Source of the DNA: Ignavibacteria bacterium
GTDB lineage: Bacteria; Bacteroidota; Ignavibacteria; Kapaibacteriales; Kapaibacteriaceae
Assembly (NCBI GenBank): GCA_013204605.1
Contig: JABMNI010000021.1
Span: 6,424 to 70,423, forward strand
Direction: 5' to 3'
Length of the DNA stretch: 64,000 nt
Positions 1 through 10,070 of the stretch are shown piece after piece (position 1 is the stretch's first letter; every line of letters starts with the position of its first letter). Below the pieces are notes generated by a model, which saw nothing but the letters and a program-made list of their open reading frames with translations, searched no databases and was not told the origin of the DNA. The position numbers and the translations under genes were made by a program.

Positions 1-178
1 ACTTAGCGATGTAGTTACCACCCTGATGGAAATACACGTCGAAATTATCCGATTGAATGTACTTCCACTCGAACTTTTGGTACTGGACTTTGTTTTTTCC
101 AAATGGTAATTGACCATTAAACTGCGCCGACGCAATCGAGGCGCAAAAAATTAACAAGACATAAAGTATGATCCGCAA
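1..178 (-). CDS. Hypothetical secreted protein, N-terminal fragment (gene runs off the left edge). Putative TTG start at 178. Signal peptide MRIILYVLLIFCASIASA, then QFNGQLPFGKNKVQYQKFEWKY...
   Basis: Translation in the minus frame directly downstream of the rnc stop continues with no stop to position 1. It has an n-h-c signal-peptide pattern. No family recognised. Confidence 0.35.
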   Translation of the reverse strand, partial: MRIILYVLLIFCASIASAQFNGQLPFGKNKVQYQKFEWKYIQSDNFDVYFHQGGNYIAK

Positions 179-227
179 GCTTAGCTCCGATATTGCGATT
201 GTATCGACATTGAAGGGGGCTTTTAAG

Positions 228-1064
228 TTACGTTTCACTCTGTGGGTTGCCTTTTGTACGTCGCTTCGTAGTTGACACTTTTAATGCTTTTTCGGCGGCC
301 TGTTGTTCGGCTTCTTTTTTATTCTTACCAGTACCGACGCCCAAACTCTTATCGTCCACGAAGACTTCAACCGTAAATTGTTTTTCGTGATCGGGACCTT
401 CCTCATTAACCACGATGTATTTAGGTGATCCTAGCCCCCTACCTTGAACTTCTTCAAGCAGCAGGCTTTTGTAATTAGTGTCGTGGACTAAGCTCTCCTT
501 TACCATTATCGGGAGTAACTTTTCAACAATAAATCTTCGAACCTCATCAAATCCCCTATCCAAATACACTGCAGCTATTACCGCTTCCAGTGCATCGGCT
601 AACATTCCATCATTGCCTTTTTCTAAGCTCTGTTTTGCACTATAACTCAGAAACAAAACTTCTTCCAATTTGAGCGCTTTTGCACAAATGGCTAAGGAAT
701 TCTTGTTTACTATCCAAGATCTCATCTTGGTTAGCTCGCCCTCTAGTACATCACGGTTGTTGTAAAACAGATACTCGGCAGTAACCATACCAAGTATGGA
801 ATCACCCAAGAATTCTAATCGTTCGTTACTCCGGTTGTGTGGAGTGTTTGCAACTTGAAGGTACGACCTGTGGATAAGAGCCTGCTCATAGAGGCTGGTG
901 GTGTGGATTTCGACACCGAATCGTTCTTCCAATACGGCAATTTGTACCTGGTCCAAAATATCCATTGGTGGGAACAACTCTCTGAATACCGCATTACTAG
1001 CCGTTCCCTTACTTGAAGCAAAGCGGATAAGGTTGTCGTATAGACTCTTAACTACGTCTTTCAC
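228..1064 (-). CDS. rnc: Ribonuclease III
   Basis: RNase III signature ERLEFLGDSILG and a C-terminal dsRBD. Sits at the end of the conserved fab cluster. Confidence 0.92.
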   Translation of the reverse strand: MKDVVKSLYDNLIRFASSKGTASNAVFRELFPPMDILDQVQIAVLEERFGVEIHTTSLYEQALIHRSYLQVANTPHNRSNERLEFLGDSILGMVTAEYLFYNNRDVLEGELTKMRSWIVNKNSLAICAKALKLEEVLFLSYSAKQSLEKGNDGMLADALEAVIAAVYLDRGFDEVRRFIVEKLLPIMVKESLVHDTNYKSLLLEEVQGRGLGSPKYIVVNEEGPDHEKQFTVEVFVDDKSLGVGTGKNKKEAEQQAAEKALKVSTTKRRTKGNPQSET

Positions 1065-1094
1065 GAACTTTTCACTAAAGTTTTGCCAAACGCA

Positions 1095-2357
1095 TCAATC
1101 CGCAATAAACTTTGCGAAGCACAGTGTTGCATTGTGACCACCAAACCCAAACGTATTACTTAGCGCCGCACGAATCTCCGTAGGGACAGCTTTGTTCGGT
1201 GCGTAATTCAACGTACAATCCGGATCGACTTCGAACTGGTTAATAGTTGGTGGTGCCATTTGATTATAAATGGCAAGAGTTGTGGCAATTGCCTCAACTG
1301 CGCCAGCAGCCCCCAGTAAGTGACCCGTCATTGACTTCGTTGAGCTAACCACAATGTCGTTTGCCCGATCGCCAAAAACAGTTCTTATAGCAGCACTTTC
1401 TGATCGGTCATTAAATGAAGTTGAGGTTCCGTGTGCATTTATATAGCCAATATCGTCTGTGGTAAGGCCCGCATCCTCAATCGCCAATTTCATAGAACGA
1501 ACTGCACCTTCTCCACCAGGGGCAGGCTGAGTAATATGAAACGCATCATCTGTCAACCCAATTCCAACCACTTCCGCGTATATTCTTGCACCTCGATTTT
1601 GCGCATGCTCAAAGGTTTCCAATACTAAGATTCCCCCGCCTTCACCCATTACAAATCCGTCTCGACCCAAATCAAAAGGTCTGCTAGCCGTTGATGGATC
1701 ATCATTCCGCGTAGAGAGTGCTTTCATTGCATTGAAGCCTCCAATGCCCATTGGGCACACAACGGCCTCTGAGCCCCCTGCAAGCATCACATCGGCCATA
1801 CCACGTTGCATTAGCATAAATGCATCAGCAATCGAATGTGAACTCGTTGCGCAGGCCGATACTGTTCCGTAATTAGGGCCTTTTAGTCCATAACGAATAG
1901 CTATATGGCCAGCCGCTATGTCTGATATCAGCATAGGAACGAAAAACGGGCTGATCCGGTCAGGTTTTCCACCACGCTCAAACAAATTCGTTTGTTGGTT
2001 ATGATAGGTCCACATGCCGCCAATACCCGAACCAAATACAACGCCGGCTCGTTCTCTGTTACTTGCCTCGAAATCTATACCAGAATCCTCAACTGCCATT
2101 ACGGCTGCCGACATTGCGAACTGTGTAAAAAGATCCATTCTTTGAACCTCTTTACGAGTAATGTGCACTAATGGATCGTATTCTTTGACTTCGCAAGCGA
2201 ATCGCGTATCAAATTCCGATGCATCAAATCTAGTTATGTCAGCCGCTCCGCTCTTGCACGCCATCATACCATTCCAAAAATCGGTAACGGAATTACCAAT
2301 TGGTGTTATAGCGCCTAAGCCAGTGATGACGATGCGAGGAATTTCATTCCGAGGCAT
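1095..2357 (-). CDS. fabF: 3-oxoacyl-ACP synthase II
   Basis: 420 aa KAS II; N-terminal RIVITGLGAITPIGN; active-site Cys/His regions; downstream of acpP. Confidence 0.92.
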   Translation of the reverse strand: MPRNEIPRIVITGLGAITPIGNSVTDFWNGMMACKSGAADITRFDASEFDTRFACEVKEYDPLVHITRKEVQRMDLFTQFAMSAAVMAVEDSGIDFEASNRERAGVVFGSGIGGMWTYHNQQTNLFERGGKPDRISPFFVPMLISDIAAGHIAIRYGLKGPNYGTVSACATSSHSIADAFMLMQRGMADVMLAGGSEAVVCPMGIGGFNAMKALSTRNDDPSTASRPFDLGRDGFVMGEGGGILVLETFEHAQNRGARIYAEVVGIGLTDDAFHITQPAPGGEGAVRSMKLAIEDAGLTTDDIGYINAHGTSTSFNDRSESAAIRTVFGDRANDIVVSSTKSMTGHLLGAAGAVEAIATTLAIYNQMAPPTINQFEVDPDCTLNYAPNKAVPTEIRAALSNTFGFGGHNATLCFAKFIAD

Positions 2358-2384
2358 AAAGACCTATGTTATTGATTAGCTTGC

Positions 2385-2621
2385 TTAGGCAGCGTTTGAT
2401 TCGAGGTAAGTAATTGCGTCTCCAACGGTTTGGATTTTTTCCGCGTCAGCGTCATCAATTGTGGTGTTGAACTCGCGTTCGAATTCCATAATCAACTCAA
2501 CGGTATCCAACGAATCCGCACCGAGGTCATTCATGAATGAAGCCTCAACCGAAACTTTAGATTCTTCGACGCCCAATTTGTCAACAATAATCTTGGTCAC
2601 TCTCTCTGCGACTGATGACAT
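2385..2621 (-). CDS. acpP: Acyl carrier protein
   Basis: 78 aa with the phosphopantetheine attachment motif [12 protein letters not shown]. Confidence 0.92.
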   Translation of the reverse strand: MSSVAERVTKIIVDKLGVEESKVSVEASFMNDLGADSLDTVELIMEFEREFNTTIDDADAEKIQTVGDAITYLESNAA

Positions 2622-2669
2622 ACAAATTCCTTAGTGAATGATAATAGTGATTCTTGATTCGACTTTTAC

Positions 2670-3431
2670 TTACATAGCCAGCCCACCGTCTACATTTAAC
2701 ACCTGACCTGTTATGTACGAAGCATCTTCGGATAACAGAAACGAGACCACGGTGGCAATCTCGTTTGGTGTTGCTGCTCGTTTCAATGGAATACCTCCAA
2801 AAAACGAAGCTTTCTGCTCTTCAGTCAATTTGTGCGTCATATCTGTTTCCACAAAGCCCGGAGCAACGCAATTTACTAAAACGTTTCGACTAGCTAGTTC
2901 TTTAGCCAAAGACTTTGTCAGACCTATTATCCCAGCTTTTGCTGAGCTATAGTTTACCTGACCGGCATTCCCACTAAGGCCCACTATACTCCCAATATTG
3001 ACTATTCGTCCTTGTCTAGCCGACATCATAGGCCGACACACAGCTTTACACATGTGGAAAACGCCAGTAAGGTTAGTGTTGATTACTGAATTCCAGTCAT
3101 CGGCCGACATTCGCATTATTAACCCGTCCTTGGTCATTCCTGCATTGTTAACCAATCCATCAATTTTACCCGACGATTCAAGTACGGCCTTAACAAGAGA
3201 CTGTACATCAGATTCATTTCCAATGTCGGTCTTGTGGAACACCACAGTTTCACCTAGCAAGGCCAGTTCATTTGTAATTGCATCTGCTTTTTCACTCTGA
3301 GAATTGTAAGTAGCATATACAATGGCTCCCTTTGAACACAACTCTCGTACAACAGCTTCACCAATTCCCCGACTTCCGCCGGTAACAAGAAAAACCTTAC
3401 CATCAAATTTTTTACTCATTTCAGCACTCAA
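2670..3431 (-). CDS. fabG: 3-oxoacyl-ACP reductase (SDR)
   Basis: TGGSRGIG Rossmann motif and SDR catalytic region; position between fabD and acpP. Confidence 0.88.
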   Translation of the reverse strand: MSAEMSKKFDGKVFLVTGGSRGIGEAVVRELCSKGAIVYATYNSQSEKADAITNELALLGETVVFHKTDIGNESDVQSLVKAVLESSGKIDGLVNNAGMTKDGLIMRMSADDWNSVINTNLTGVFHMCKAVCRPMMSARQGRIVNIGSIVGLSGNAGQVNYSSAKAGIIGLTKSLAKELASRNVLVNCVAPGFVETDMTHKLTEEQKASFFGGIPLKRAATPNEIATVVSFLLSEDASYITGQVLNVDGGLAM

Positions 3432-4384
3432 GAGTTTTGTGATTTGAGAAATTCTACAACACTTCCGGCCGTATCGAGTCCGGAAATTTCCGCACCCTCT
3501 ACTGTTCTTTTCACTAATCCTTGCAAAACTTTTCCCGGACCAATCTCGATAAAGTTTGTAAAGCCAGCATCCTTCATATTTAACAACGTTTTTGTAAACT
3601 GCACCGGCTTGGTCAATTGCTCCCCAACTGCATGTTTCAAGTCACCGGCTAGGCGAATTGGTAAGCCCGTTACATTAACAAATACATCAACAGATGAGTT
3701 TTGAAATTGCGTATTTGAAATTGCATCCAAAAGTTGCTGCTTTGCGCTTTCCATCAGGTCGGAATGAAACGCTCCGCTAACCTGAAGTTCTTTCACAATC
3801 TTTGCGCCGCGCTCCTTGAATATAGGTAAGCATTGGCGCACATAATCTGCCGAACCTGAAATCACAACTTGGCCGTGAGAATTAAAATTCGCAGCGCGTA
3901 AAACGTTTCCGTCAACTCCATGAAGTTCATCACAAAGGGCTGTTACGGTTTCGTCATCTAGGCCCACAATGGCGGCCATAGTACCAGGTATTTCATTGCC
4001 TGCATCGAACATCAAATTTGCGCGCAACTGTACCAAGGTCAGAGCATCATCAAATTGCAAGGCGCCACTAGCATACAACGCCGAATACTCGCCAAGCGAG
4101 TGACCAGCAACACCTGTACATGTGCGATAAGCATTTGTAAGTTCCAACAATGCAGCTTCATGAACAAGTAGCGCAGGCTGAGTGTACCTAGTTTCTTTTA
4201 ACTGGGTATCAGGACCATCGAACATTAAATCTGTTAATGAATAGCCTACAACTTCGTTGGCTCTGTCCATGAGCTTCGCAGCGGCTGGAAACTGCTCGTA
4301 CAAATCTTTTGCCATGCCAACGCACTGCGAGCCTTGTCCGGAAAATAACAACGCAGTGCTCATGCAGTTGGCTCCAACCACCAT
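3428..4384 (-). CDS. fabD: Malonyl-CoA:ACP transacylase
   Basis: GHSLGEYSAL active-site motif. Confidence 0.88.
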   Translation of the reverse strand: MVVGANCMSTALLFSGQGSQCVGMAKDLYEQFPAAAKLMDRANEVVGYSLTDLMFDGPDTQLKETRYTQPALLVHEAALLELTNAYRTCTGVAGHSLGEYSALYASGALQFDDALTLVQLRANLMFDAGNEIPGTMAAIVGLDDETVTALCDELHGVDGNVLRAANFNSHGQVVISGSADYVRQCLPIFKERGAKIVKELQVSGAFHSDLMESAKQQLLDAISNTQFQNSSVDVFVNVTGLPIRLAGDLKHAVGEQLTKPVQFTKTLLNMKDAGFTNFIEIGPGKVLQGLVKRTVEGAEISGLDTAGSVVEFLKSQNS

Positions 4385-5361
4385 TTATACAAGATCGCAC
4401 CCCAGGTGTAACCCGCGCCAAAACTGGCGATTACCACGTAGTCGCCTCTTTTCAGTTTTCCTTGTTCGTATAATTCCGACAAACAAATTGGGATGGTTCC
4501 GGCAGTGGTGTTGCCGAACTTTTGAATGTTAATCATCACCTTGTCTTTCGAAAGACCCATTCTGTTGGCTGTAGCATCAATAATTCTAAGGTTTGCTTGA
4601 TGCGGAACTAGCCACGCAATATCATCGGCAGTGAGATTGTTGCGCACCATAATTTCGTACGACACATCGGCCATTCCCTTAACCGCGGCCTTAAAAACCG
4701 GTTGACCCTCTTGGAACACATAGTGCTCTTTGTTTGTCACAGTTTCTAATGTTGGTGGGTGTAAACTTCCGCCAGCTTTTTGGTACAAATTTGGCTCGCC
4801 ATTTCCGTCCATTTTTAGAATGAAATCCATCACTCCGTGATCATCATCGGTTCCGGGTTCAAGTAGCACACAGCCCCCTCCATCGCCAAAAAGGACGCAG
4901 GTAGCTCTATCTTCGAAATTTAAAATCGAGCTCATTTTGTCGGCTCCAACTAGCAACACATTTCGAACCGCGCCCGACTCGACCAATTTCGAAGCCGTGA
5001 CCAATGCAAAAACAAAACCAGAGCATGCCGCTGAAAGGTCAAAACCCCACGCGTTTTTTGCACCTAGTTTACGTTGCAATATTGCCGACGAAGAAGGGAA
5101 AACTCTGTCGGGAGTGACCGTTGCAATTATTATGCAATCGATATCTTCGGCGGTAATTCCCCTTTGAGCTAAAACCTTTTGCGCCGCAGGTAATGCGATA
5201 TCCGTCATGGCACCTTCGAACGCAAAATGCCGTTCGGTAATACCGGTACGAGTTTTAATCCATTCATCTGTGGTCTCGATACGCTGTTCGAACCAATGGT
5301 TGTCATACACATCCGGTGGTACATTAAACGCTAGCGCCGAAATAACTGCTTTCATTTTCAT
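4360..5361 (-). CDS. fabH: 3-oxoacyl-ACP synthase III
   Basis: KAS III family, about 330 aa, located between plsX and fabD. Confidence 0.88.
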   Translation of the reverse strand: MKMKAVISALAFNVPPDVYDNHWFEQRIETTDEWIKTRTGITERHFAFEGAMTDIALPAAQKVLAQRGITAEDIDCIIIATVTPDRVFPSSSAILQRKLGAKNAWGFDLSAACSGFVFALVTASKLVESGAVRNVLLVGADKMSSILNFEDRATCVLFGDGGGCVLLEPGTDDDHGVMDFILKMDGNGEPNLYQKAGGSLHPPTLETVTNKEHYVFQEGQPVFKAAVKGMADVSYEIMVRNNLTADDIAWLVPHQANLRIIDATANRMGLSKDKVMINIQKFGNTTAGTIPICLSELYEQGKLKRGDYVVIASFGAGYTWGAILYKWWLEPTA

Positions 5362-6401
5362 TCTATCGTATTTGCGGCCGGTTTACCCAGCGCTTGTTGA
5401 ATATTTCCATTTACATCTGCTCTCACTACTTCCACTGCTCTAACAATCATGTTAGAAATGGCTAAGGGGCTAGATGATCCGTGTCCGATTATTATTACTC
5501 CATTAACACCTAAAAGTGGAACCCCGCCATACTCTTGATAGTCCATGTCTTTCAACACAGTTTTCAGTACGGGCTTAAAAGCACCAACGATTAACTTATT
5601 TAACAAGCTGCGGTTAGCAAAAGTGGTGAACCTAGACTTTAAGAATCCCAATACACTTTCGGCAAACTTCAACACAATGTTTCCTTCAAACCCATCACAA
5701 ACAACCACGTCAACACCTCCAGAAAGTATGTCGCGTCCCTCAACATTCCCTACAAAATTCAACGGAGCATGCGTTAACAACTGAAATGCTTCTCGCGCTA
5801 CTTCAGTGCCCTTGCTTGATTCTTCTCCAACGTTTAATAGTCCAACCGAGGGTTCAGGAATTCCTAGTATAAGACGGGAGTAAATTTCTCCCATTACAGC
5901 GTAGTCGTACAAGAACTTTGGTTTGCTGTCAACATTAGCGCCAACGTCAACCACTAACGTCTGCCTACCAGTTTGCGTTGGAAAGAATGAGCCAATTGTC
6001 GGACGTCCCACGCCCGGGATTCTACCCAGCATTAATGTAGCAGTTGCCATAACAGCACCGGTATTTCCTGCTGAAACAAAGGCATCAGCCTTTCCATCTC
6101 GTAATAGGGCTAGCCCCTTATACAATGAGGATTCAGTTCGCGTTTTAACAATAGATGCTGGTTCATCGCCCATGGCTATTACATCTGGCGCGTGCAACAG
6201 CTCAACCTTATCTGCAATATTTTCTTGTCGCAAGATCGGCAACAACAAATTCTCCTGTCCAACAACAATTAGTTGCACAGAGGATCCTAATAAACCCATG
6301 GCGAGAATTGCCCCTGCCACTTCGTTTGTGGGAGCGATATCGCCCCCCATAGCATCGAGAACCACCCTTACAGGGTTTCCCGCGCTGTTACCCTTGTTCA
6401 C
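5358..6401 (-). CDS. plsX: Phosphate acyltransferase PlsX
   Basis: PlsX family similarity; conserved rpmF-plsX-fabH order. Confidence 0.88.
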   Translation of the reverse strand: MNKGNSAGNPVRVVLDAMGGDIAPTNEVAGAILAMGLLGSSVQLIVVGQENLLLPILRQENIADKVELLHAPDVIAMGDEPASIVKTRTESSLYKGLALLRDGKADAFVSAGNTGAVMATATLMLGRIPGVGRPTIGSFFPTQTGRQTLVVDVGANVDSKPKFLYDYAVMGEIYSRLILGIPEPSVGLLNVGEESSKGTEVAREAFQLLTHAPLNFVGNVEGRDILSGGVDVVVCDGFEGNIVLKFAESVLGFLKSRFTTFANRSLLNKLIVGAFKPVLKTVLKDMDYQEYGGVPLLGVNGVIIIGHGSSSPLAISNMIVRAVEVVRADVNGNIQQALGKPAANTIE

Positions 6402-6405
6402 GGAT

Positions 6406-6582
6406 TTAGTCTACGTTTAGAATCTTACGACCGTTATAGTAACCGCATGAATGGCATACAATGTGAGGTTGTTTGGCTGATCCACAATTTGGACAGCTCA
6501 TAATTGAAGGCACCGAGGCTTTGTAGTGAGTACGTCTTTTAGCACCACGTTGCTTGGAATGTCTACGTTTTGGGTTTGGCAC
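6406..6582 (-). CDS. rpmF: 50S ribosomal protein L32
   Basis: Not in the ORF track (<60 aa). Minus-strand GTG at 6582 gives (M)PNPKRRHSKQRGAKRRTHYKASVPSIMSCPNCGSAKQPHIVCHSCGYYNGRKILNVD. This is the L32 zinc-ribbon (CPNCG...CHSCG) with a GGAG upstream. Confidence 0.8.
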   Translation of the reverse strand: MPNPKRRHSKQRGAKRRTHYKASVPSIMSCPNCGSAKQPHIVCHSCGYYNGRKILNVD

Positions 6583-6600
6583 GGCTTTACTCCGATTGTA

Positions 6601-7155
6601 TTATAAATTTCTTAATGCTTTCAACACTGCCCATTGATCTTGGGCAGTATCATCTATAGAATCATTCAGTGTTCGTCCTGAATAACTTGGATTGATTTCA
6701 CTTAGATCAACATCTCTGTATTTCGGCGAAACACGTCTCATAGGAATCAGCAATGCTAATTCCTGCCGAACATCATCAGTAATGTCAATAGTCGATTCGT
6801 CTTCGCGTATCCCACGTACTTCATCCGTATCGGGTGGGATTGACGCTTGCCTTTGCTCAGCGGCTAAATGATTATCAATCCGATACTCTAAATCGAGATG
6901 TGCAGTAAGGGGCTCTACGAACTCCTCCAACGATCTGTCGCAAATCAGCTCTGCCGAAGCTTCAACGGTCAGCCGAAGTCTGACATTGCTCCTGCTCGAA
7001 GTAGCCTTGCCGTACACACGAATATCACCAGAAATTTCAGGTGCTAAAAATGGTATTTGCTTAGCCTTAACTACAATATCAATCTTGATCTTGTCATCAG
7101 TTGACCTGCTGACAGGAATCAGAATTGATGTATCTCTCGAATTAGAAGTATCCAC
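6601..7155 (-). CDS. yceD: DUF177 (YceD-like) protein
   Basis: Conserved position upstream of rpmF-plsX; acidic 184-aa protein typical of the YceD family. Confidence 0.7.
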   Translation of the reverse strand: MDTSNSRDTSILIPVSRSTDDKIKIDIVVKAKQIPFLAPEISGDIRVYGKATSSRSNVRLRLTVEASAELICDRSLEEFVEPLTAHLDLEYRIDNHLAAEQRQASIPPDTDEVRGIREDESTIDITDDVRQELALLIPMRRVSPKYRDVDLSEINPSYSGRTLNDSIDDTAQDQWAVLKALRNL

Positions 7156-7162
7156 AAGAAAG

Positions 7163-7170
7163 CAAAATTA
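7163..7170 (-). promoter_or_regulatory. Bacteroidetes-type -7 box TAATTTTG for the yceD-rpmF-plsX-fab operon
   Basis: TAnnTTTG match on the minus strand, ending 7 nt before the yceD ATG (leaderless or near-leaderless). Confidence 0.4.
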
Positions 7171-7207
7171 CGGCGTAAACTCTTTATTTCAAAGACAATT
7201 ACTTAAA

Positions 7208-8959
7208 TCAGCAATTAATTGCTTTGAGATTTTGTTTGGCTGGTTCGTTGGACGGATCGAGTTTTAGCACCTCTTTGTACCACCTGCACGCCGCTGGCGT
7301 GTCTTGTAAGCCCTGATATCCTATTCCCATGTATAACATAAGCCACTTGTTTGTGGGGTCGAATTCCAGTCCCATCTTAGACCGCTCTATAATTGACGAC
7401 CATGATTTCAGTCCAATATCGGCCGCGTTAAGCTTCATTATGGCAGAACTAGCCATGCGTTTGTCCTCATCTGACCCTTTTTTGCCGGCCAAAATAATTG
7501 TCTCATAAAGGGAGTTACTCTTTGCTTGGTCGCCCTTTACTAGGTACGTTTCAGCAAGTCTAGACTGGATGTAGGTATTGTTCGGCTCTAAACCATCTGC
7601 TATCATGTATTCTGTTAGTGCACTATCAACCAAACTATCGGCGTAGAAATTATTACCGATAAAGGCATGTAAACGGGCGGTCAACGAATCGTTGCAATGC
7701 GAAATGCGAGCCCGAAATATTTTTGTTGAAAACGAAGCTCTGTTAACGGATTGTAACAACAGACCGAATCGTAACATGAAAGTACATTGCGTAGGATCCT
7801 TGAATGATGCCATCCGCATTATCTCGATTGCCTGTGTTGTGTCACCAGCCAACAGCGTTGCCGCTCCAAAATACCACTCGTCGTACCCCTCCCAATCCTT
7901 CTTAGAATTTTCAGCAACTTTATAAAGAGTTGCTGCCTTTTTCCAATCTTTTTGAAAGAATGAACAGCGCGCTAGCAGCACCGAAGCCGTGCCTTTTAAC
8001 GTGTCGATCTGACGTGCCGCATCATCTAAATGTTTGCGTGCTGAATCACATTGATTCATTTTGAAATACGAATTGCCTAGGTACCATGAGCTCATAGGAT
8101 TGCCTGTACCAATTGGACGCAATTCTCTATACCGTGTCAGATTCTGGATAGCATCGGGATATTTTTTGGAAAGAAAAAATATCTTACCCTGTTCAAACCA
8201 GGCTCGTGCATTCTTAGGATCAAGTTTTGTAACAGCGTTCCACTCCAGTAAACACCGCTTAAACAATTCGTTTCCAAGCTCGATGTCAGATTCTGCGTTA
8301 GCTTGTTTCCAATAACATTGCGCCAGTGCCGCATGTGAATTAATATCGTCTGGTTGCAGCTTCACCGCCTCCTCGTAATTCATTATAGCTAAATCATACA
8401 CGGGTTGGGGCTTGTAGTTGAAATAAATATCGCCGAGTGCAGCGTATGTTTCGGTACTCTTCGGATTCTTGGCTTTCGCCGTGTTCGCAACTAACGAAGC
8501 TTCTTGAATTGAATCAGCAGCAATCAGAGATTTCACAAGGTATAAGGAGGACTGCACATCCGAATTCTTCTTACTATACTTTCTCATAATTGCAACAGCT
8601 GCCACAGCTGCATTACCGCGTATCAGTGCCTCTGTGCATAGAAAAACATTCGCTTGGTCGTTGTCATCGTCGGCATAGATTCGTTTGCCATACAACACCG
8701 CAGTATCAACTAACTCCATATCCAGATATATCCTAGTTGCTAGTCGCAAATATTCCATATCGTTAGGCTTTTCCAATATGGCTGCGCGAATAAACGGAAG
8801 TGCTGCATTATAATCCAGTTCAGCAACTGCAGTTTTTGCAAGCCCAAAGTTGTCATTCGCAACCAGATTGCCCCCTATCAACAAGAGAGAAACTGTGGTA
8901 ATTACAAGACAAAACTTTTTCAGGGTCGCGCTATAGTTGTATGTATATTTCATTTTCAT
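7208..8959 (-). CDS. TPR-repeat protein (N-terminal membrane anchor)
   Basis: Multiple TPR-like repeats. It is the last gene of the exbB-exbD-exbD-tonB-pstS-like-TPR operon, with a 4-nt overlap with the upstream gene. Confidence 0.7.
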   Translation of the reverse strand: MKMKYTYNYSATLKKFCLVITTVSLLLIGGNLVANDNFGLAKTAVAELDYNAALPFIRAAILEKPNDMEYLRLATRIYLDMELVDTAVLYGKRIYADDDNDQANVFLCTEALIRGNAAVAAVAIMRKYSKKNSDVQSSLYLVKSLIAADSIQEASLVANTAKAKNPKSTETYAALGDIYFNYKPQPVYDLAIMNYEEAVKLQPDDINSHAALAQCYWKQANAESDIELGNELFKRCLLEWNAVTKLDPKNARAWFEQGKIFFLSKKYPDAIQNLTRYRELRPIGTGNPMSSWYLGNSYFKMNQCDSARKHLDDAARQIDTLKGTASVLLARCSFFQKDWKKAATLYKVAENSKKDWEGYDEWYFGAATLLAGDTTQAIEIMRMASFKDPTQCTFMLRFGLLLQSVNRASFSTKIFRARISHCNDSLTARLHAFIGNNFYADSLVDSALTEYMIADGLEPNNTYIQSRLAETYLVKGDQAKSNSLYETIILAGKKGSDEDKRMASSAIMKLNAADIGLKSWSSIIERSKMGLEFDPTNKWLMLYMGIGYQGLQDTPAACRWYKEVLKLDPSNEPAKQNLKAINC

Positions 8960-9885
8960 TCTGGTAAGACCAATTCAATTTTTGCATATCCCGGTTCAAT
9001 TCCAGCATCCAAAAACGCCTTTTGAGCTTTTCCATCTCGAGCTAAATACTGCATGAAACCCGACGGTAACGAAAATGGCTGAGCTTTGTCACGAAGTATG
9101 AAGTAAATGTTTACGGGGAACGGATACTTTCCCATAATGAGGTACGATGCATGCACCGGCTTGGGGCTAACGTATTCGCCCAAACTATCGGCATAGCTCA
9201 GTCTTATCATCTTCACGGAAGTATCGTTGATATATTGCGACATGTACCCAAACCCAATCCGATTTGCCGAGTTTCTAATGAGCTTTACCAATGAGTCCTT
9301 ACTGCCGGCAGAGTACAGAGCGTTTTTTGCAGGAGTAATACCCTTGGTGACCACACTCACAACGTTGCCATATACCGACGACGAAGATCCCGGTACTAAA
9401 AACGTAATTCCCTTTGTCAGTTTTGTGTATCTATCCAACAGTTTTACGTCGCCGCGTAGTAAAGCGGCAACATCTGGTGCGTGCATAGTATCATACGGAA
9501 ATTTTTTCGACGCAATCAAAACCAGCGCATCTCGTGCCAGCAGCGTTTTTGGAAAACCATCTATTCCTTCTCGCGCCGTGATTGTGGTATCTTCTTCCAT
9601 CGTATAATCTCTCGCCACAACCGCTCCGCGAATATCGTGACGCACTAACAGGTTTACAATGCTCACTGCTGAAAGGGGCTCGATGGTTATGTGCGCGTTT
9701 GGATAGGCAAGGTCGTAGTGCTTTTTTGCTGCTTGAATAACAGACAGAATTTCCTCGTCCACCTGCACTATAACAGCACCGCTAATCGCAGTTTCGGCGT
9801 TTGCATCCATGTGCACTTCGTTCTTACCACATCCAAATGTTGCGGTAAGAAGTATTACTAATAGTGCAGCGGTGGTAGTTTTCAT
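8956..9885 (-). CDS. PstS-like periplasmic binding lipoprotein (phosphate-binding family)
   Basis: Lipoprotein signal LLTATFGC; type 2 periplasmic-binding fold; conserved partner of TonB/ExbBD clusters in Bacteroidetes. Confidence 0.6.
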   Translation of the reverse strand: MKTTTAALLVILLTATFGCGKNEVHMDANAETAISGAVIVQVDEEILSVIQAAKKHYDLAYPNAHITIEPLSAVSIVNLLVRHDIRGAVVARDYTMEEDTTITAREGIDGFPKTLLARDALVLIASKKFPYDTMHAPDVAALLRGDVKLLDRYTKLTKGITFLVPGSSSSVYGNVVSVVTKGITPAKNALYSAGSKDSLVKLIRNSANRIGFGYMSQYINDTSVKMIRLSYADSLGEYVSPKPVHASYLIMGKYPFPVNIYFILRDKAQPFSLPSGFMQYLARDGKAQKAFLDAGIEPGYAKIELVLPE

Positions 9886-10064
9886 CCAGATTTCTTTCCA
9901 GCCACGATGAATGTGAAAATTCTGTACGTGCCGAACAGCATGACGACAATACCGAAGATCTCGTGGAGTGGCGAATCTAAACCAACAAATGGCTCAACCG
10001 AAAAGAGGACTAGAAATCCTACTAGGATAACCAGTCCTCTAAAAGCTACATTAAGCCAGAACAT
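9882..10064 (-). CDS. Small two-TM membrane protein
   Basis: 60-aa ORF translationally coupled (4-nt overlaps) between tonB and the PstS-like gene. Two hydrophobic helices. Confidence 0.35.
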   Translation of the reverse strand: MFWLNVAFRGLVILVGFLVLFSVEPFVGLDSPLHEIFGIVVMLFGTYRIFTFIVAGKKSG

Positions 10065-10070
10065 GAATAA